From sequence record PP496440.1: DNA of 64,000 bases; one strand, 5' to 3'. Position numbers and translations under genes: made by a program. This document shows, one piece after another, positions 61,929 through 64,000 of the stretch. Each line of letters starts with the position of its first letter. Positions within the stretch are counted from its first letter, which is position 1. The notes under the pieces are model-generated. The model did not search any database, was not told where the DNA came from, and was given only the letters and a program-made list of their open reading frames with translations.

Positions 61929-62576
61929 ATGGCTGTCAATAGCAGTATGATCAAACTCCCCAAGATGGGGAGTGTCACGTTCAAGAAGATGCAAGCGGTT
62001 AACGTGCCGATCCATCGTCTGGCCCAGTCCCACATTCAGTTTAACCTGCGAGAGAACTTGCAGGAAGATGTGTTCGTTGAACGAAACAAGGCCAAGGAAG
62101 TAAAAGACATCGTTCGACACACTGCTGCGTCTCAACTCCGGGCGTGGCAGTTGTTGATGCAAGAACCATTTGGTGAGCCGTACAGCATGTGCGTGTCCAC
62201 CTACGAGTCCGATTTCCTGCCCAAGATGGTAGCCGCCACACTGGTTGCTGCTGCCTTCGATCAGGGCGCCACCGTCAATCAGGTGGCTTGGCACACGATC
62301 ACCGGAGACGCGGTTGACTACATGCTGGTAGATCATCATGCACGGAAGAAAGACCTGAAGCTGATCGTGCTTGCCAACCTGCCAACGTCCTACGACCACA
62401 CGACCCGGATGGACAGCTCTTTGCTGAAGTATGAGAAGGTGCGGGACATCATCGAGGTGTTCCCCAATGCGGCGGTGTGCGTGGTGTCAACAGGCACCAG
62501 CCCGTCGGACCTGTTCCATAAACTTCAACTTCCTCTGGACATCGCCATCCGCCTGATGGATAAGAGACAACTATGA
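61929..62576 (+). CDS. Possible degenerate DnaC/IstB-like helicase loader
   Basis: P-loop-like alpha/beta order without an intact Walker A; overlaps the start of the DnaB-like gene. Confidence 0.35.
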   Translation: MAVNSSMIKLPKMGSVTFKKMQAVNVPIHRLAQSHIQFNLRENLQEDVFVERNKAKEVKDIVRHTAASQLRAWQLLMQEPFGEPYSMCVSTYESDFLPKMVAATLVAAAFDQGATVNQVAWHTITGDAVDYMLVDHHARKKDLKLIVLANLPTSYDHTTRMDSSLLKYEKVRDIIEVFPNAAVCVVSTGTSPSDLFHKLQLPLDIAIRLMDKRQL

Positions 62577-64000
62577 AACTGGTTAACCAACCCGCAGAAG
62601 TACGTGCAGTTGTGTCCATCTGTAAGAGCCCAACAAAGCTTCGCTACAAGCTGTTGGCTAACCTCAATGAAACTCACTTCGACTCAGACATCGCCAGCCG
62701 GGCATTCAGTCGTATCTCCACACTGGCCCGGAAGCGCGCCACACTGGTGAGCTGGGAAGACCTGTGTGAAGATCCTACGCTTCCGGACGCCACCAAGGCT
62801 GCGCTGCGCAATGCCAAAGTCAGGCCGATCAAGACCGATAAGGATATGTCCTCGCTGGTAGAGAACCTGACCTACTATCGCAAGTGCCGACTGACCTTCG
62901 AAGCAGCGCAAGCGGCCATTACCTCTTTTCAGACTGATGCGCCGAACGTAGACAACATCGTGGTAAGTCTGGCCAACGCTGTGACTGCTGCGAACACCTC
63001 CATGGCCGTGGACAGCGAACTGCTCGTCTTTGGTAAGGGTTCCAACTCCAAGGAGATGATCGACGAACTGCTGGACGGTGAAGCACCCGAGGTTATTCCG
63101 TTGGGCTTCTCCGGGTTCGATGACCGCAACGGTGGCCTGTTCCCCGGCTCGCTGGTAATCGTGGCCGGTCCATCTGGTGGGGGTAAGTCGCTGACGGCTG
63201 GTCAGATGGCGATCAACTTCACGGAAGGTGGGTATTCAACCGCTATCGTGCCGTTGGAGATGACCAAGCGTGAGCAGACTGCGCGTATCGTCGCCAACCT
63301 TGCGGACATCCCGGTCAACAAGATTCTCACGGGCAAGCTGACGCTCAACGAGAAGAAAAAGATTCGCAAGGCGATGAAGGACTACGAGCGCCGCTGCAAG
63401 AAGCTCGGTTCCTCGTACGCCATCTACGAGCCGGAAGAAGACGTCACCATCGAAAACGTGTTGGGCAACCTTCGCCCGTTCGGCCATCGCGTTGTTATCA
63501 TCGACTACGTGGGTCTGCTGGATGGTGTCGACGGCGATGACTCTTGGAGACAGCTGGGTAAAGCGGCACGCTACGCCAAGATCTGGGCCAAGCAGAACAA
63601 CGTGCTGGTCATCCTGCTGGCGCAAGCGGCAGAAGATGGTACGCTGCGTTACTCCAAGGTAATGACCGACCATGCCAACAACGCCTTCGTGTGGGTGACC
63701 ACGGAAGAGATGAAGGATCACGGCATCATTCGTGTCATGCAGCCTAAGGCACGTAACCATGATCCGGCGCCGTTCTACATCAAGATGCATTGGGGCAGTA
63801 TGAAGTGCGTCGGCCTCACGGATCAGGAAGCCGAGGAACAGATGTCGGCCAGCGGGCATCGCAACGTGGTCAATACGGAACGGCGAGGTGCACGACAAGG
63901 CGGGGATAATTCCGGGAAAGCTGGACGGACCAATAACTTGCGCCGTGAACTGCAAAACCGCAGGCAGCAAATGGGCGGCGGACAGAGACGCGCCGCGTAA
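62573..64000 (+). CDS. dnaB: DnaB-like replicative helicase
   Basis: LVIVAGPSGGGKS, PLEM, IIDYVGLL, LLAQ, and KAR. Confidence 0.9.
   Translation: MKLVNQPAEVRAVVSICKSPTKLRYKLLANLNETHFDSDIASRAFSRISTLARKRATLVSWEDLCEDPTLPDATKAALRNAKVRPIKTDKDMSSLVENLTYYRKCRLTFEAAQAAITSFQTDAPNVDNIVVSLANAVTAANTSMAVDSELLVFGKGSNSKEMIDELLDGEAPEVIPLGFSGFDDRNGGLFPGSLVIVAGPSGGGKSLTAGQMAINFTEGGYSTAIVPLEMTKREQTARIVANLADIPVNKILTGKLTLNEKKKIRKAMKDYERRCKKLGSSYAIYEPEEDVTIENVLGNLRPFGHRVVIIDYVGLLDGVDGDDSWRQLGKAARYAKIWAKQNNVLVILLAQAAEDGTLRYSKVMTDHANNAFVWVTTEEMKDHGIIRVMQPKARNHDPAPFYIKMHWGSMKCVGLTDQEAEEQMSASGHRNVVNTERRGARQGGDNSGKAGRTNNLRRELQNRRQQMGGGQRRAA

Noticed and set aside
32874-64000. Inteins or introns in gyrB, gyrA, polA or dnaB
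   Set aside because: Conserved motifs are colinear with normal spacing, and I saw no intein C/S...HN motifs or frame breaks
1-64000. tRNA, rRNA, integrase or IS elements
   Set aside because: I saw no cloverleaf-compatible sequence in the intergenic gaps and no transposase or recombinase motifs. A tRNAscan-SE run would be needed to confirm.

Overview
This window is a segment of a large (jumbo-type) lytic tailed-phage genome, about 55-60% GC by eye, using the standard genetic code. The gene set suggests a Pseudomonas PaBG/Lu11/RSL1-like phage; this is an inference, as no search was run. In order, it contains: (i) a head module on the minus strand (scaffold-like protein, decoration protein, major capsid protein); (ii) a SWIM-finger gene and a 928-aa protein with a TV-Pol/family-A-like polymerase domain, next to about 770 bp of non-coding DNA; (iii) small minus-strand early genes behind sigma70 promoters, plus RNase HI and a UvrD-like helicase; (iv) a roughly 13-kb plus-strand enzyme cluster; (v) type IIA topoisomerase subunits interleaved with DnaJ-domain genes; (vi) accessory genes, including a probable phage sigma factor, an HNH nuclease, a P-loop kinase, a DenV-like glycosylase and an SGNH esterase; and (vii) a replication operon (Pol A, clamp, UvsW-like and DnaB-like helicases) with queE and folE embedded in it. 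The cluster in (iv) is the best candidate for an undescribed system. It encodes a catalytically degenerate NAD-ligase, two QueC paralogues, a Gly-rich protein, four FemAB/ATE-like GNAT paralogues, a PurD-like ATP-grasp ligase, two methyltransferases and a lysine 2,3-aminomutase. It looks like a biosynthetic pathway, plausibly a beta-lysine-containing hypermodification of 7-deazaguanine DNA or of a protein. Two recurrent cis-elements were also read from the sequence: a (G/T)GTAAAT(G/A) motif upstream of about 12 replication and modification genes, and a hairpin-CCACT-SD leader on early genes. No tRNA, rRNA, CRISPR array or IS element was seen.
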